DNA of 448 nucleotides from Escherichia coli (GTDB lineage Bacteria; Pseudomonadota; Gammaproteobacteria; Enterobacterales; Enterobacteriaceae): NCBI RefSeq assembly GCF_003334255.1, contig NZ_QOWU01000239.1; one strand, 5' to 3'. Shown piece by piece: positions 1 to 448 of this stretch (position 1 is its first letter; each line of letters starts with the position of its first letter). The notes under the pieces were generated by a model. It saw only the letters and a program-made list of their open reading frames with translations, ran no database searches and was not told where the DNA came from. The position numbers and the translations under genes were made by a program.

Positions 1-448
1 ACAATTTTCCGTTGTTCTCGTCAATGAACGCCGTTCTTTCTGCACCGGTCAGACTCTTCAGCTCTGCGTGATACTGCGCAACCTCTGTCATCCGGTCGTA
101 CATCTTCTGCTGGTCAGCATACGGCATCACCTCACCTGAAATTTTCCCCAGGAAGGGCACCTGCTGCTCCGGTATATCAATACCATTCAGCGATTTCACC
201 GCCGCATCCGTGGTTTTGGAAATGAAGCGCCCTGTCCCTCCGGAGATATAGTCCACCCAGTATTTCAGCGATTCCGGTGTGATATCCACCGCGCCGGGAC
301 GGTACTGGCTGCCACCTGAGAACGCATTCAGCCAGGATGCAAACGCCTTGTACGCTTCTGGCGTTGAACGTCTTCCCAGCTGGCTGTCAGGTTTTGGTGT
401 ACCAAACGGCATGTTCTCCTGGTAAATCTGCGCCCCCATGAAGTTTTC
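1..448 (-). CDS. Internal fragment of a protein-coding gene, partial at both ends (149 complete codons; frame set by codon 448-446, last complete codon 4-2). Product unknown: hypothetical soluble protein.
   Basis: Seen in sequence: a single minus-strand frame is open across the entire window, while the other two minus frames and all three plus frames contain stop codons (e.g. plus-strand TGA at 25-27, 69-71 and 137-139). Third-position GC is enriched over the overall ~54% GC. Codon usage is enterobacterial-like (CTG dominant for Leu; CCG, GCG and CAG frequent). Neither a start nor a stop can be placed within the window. Product identity was not recognised; no homology search could be run. Confidence 0.85.

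Noticed and set aside
2-139. Plus-strand open stretch of 45 codons (frame 2, ending at TGA 137-139)
   Set aside because: It is short, has no start codon with an RBS, and lies antisense to a much longer open frame with coherent codon bias; it is a typical shadow ORF.
171-184. Small inverted repeat GGTAT-atca-ATACC that could form a 5-bp stem hairpin
   Set aside because: The stem is too short and AT-rich to be a stable terminator or regulatory hairpin, and there is no adjacent U-tract; likely coincidental.
238-245. 8-bp perfect palindrome CTCCGGAG (contains TCCGGA)
   Set aside because: Same reasoning: short, within the coding region (encodes part of the SGG motif), and not followed by a T-tract or flanked by a partner site.
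208-246. Possible Walker A/P-loop in the peptide SGGTGRFISKT
   Set aside because: It does not fit GxxxxGK[ST]: there is no Gly immediately before the Lys and the spacing is wrong, so an NTPase call is not supported.
376-383. 8-bp perfect palindrome CCAGCTGG (contains a PvuII-type CAGCTG site)
   Set aside because: Too short to be a meaningful operator or terminator, sits inside coding sequence, and palindromes of this length are expected by chance in 448 bp.
364-392. Plus-strand TTGAAC (364-369) resembling a -35 hexamer; also TATAGT at 247-252 resembling a -10
   Set aside because: Neither has a partner hexamer at 16-19 bp spacing (checked for TTGAAC through position 392), and both are inside and antisense to the coding frame; isolated 5/6 matches are expected by chance.
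1-448. Absence of GATC (Dam) sites and of Chi (GCTGGTGG) in the window
   Set aside because: Only about 1.75 GATC sites are expected by chance in 448 bp, so zero is not statistically meaningful; no Chi-like octamer on either strand.

Overview
The whole 448-bp window appears to be an internal fragment of a single protein-coding gene on the minus strand. One minus-strand frame (codons starting at position 448, running down to position 2) is open for all 149 codons with no stop; the other five frames all contain stops. By hand count, GC is about 54% (240/448), third-position GC is higher at roughly 60-65%, and CTG is the strongly preferred Leu codon, which fits an enterobacterial-type (E. coli/Salmonella-like) genome or one of its phages or plasmids. 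The translated fragment (ENFMGAQIYQENMPFGTPKPDSQLGRRSTPEAYKAFASWLNAFSGGSQYRPGAVDITPESLKYWVDYISGGTGRFISKTTDAAVKSLNGIDIPEQQVPFLGKISGEVMPYADQQKMYDRMTEVAQYHAELKSLTGAERTAFIDENNGKL) is soluble-looking with no transmembrane segment, and I cannot assign it to a named family from memory. No RNA gene, CRISPR repeat, mobile-element terminus, convincing promoter or terminator is visible. The window is too short to show gene boundaries or neighbours, so any claim of a novel multi-gene system cannot be supported from this sequence alone; the findings below are modest and flagged as such.
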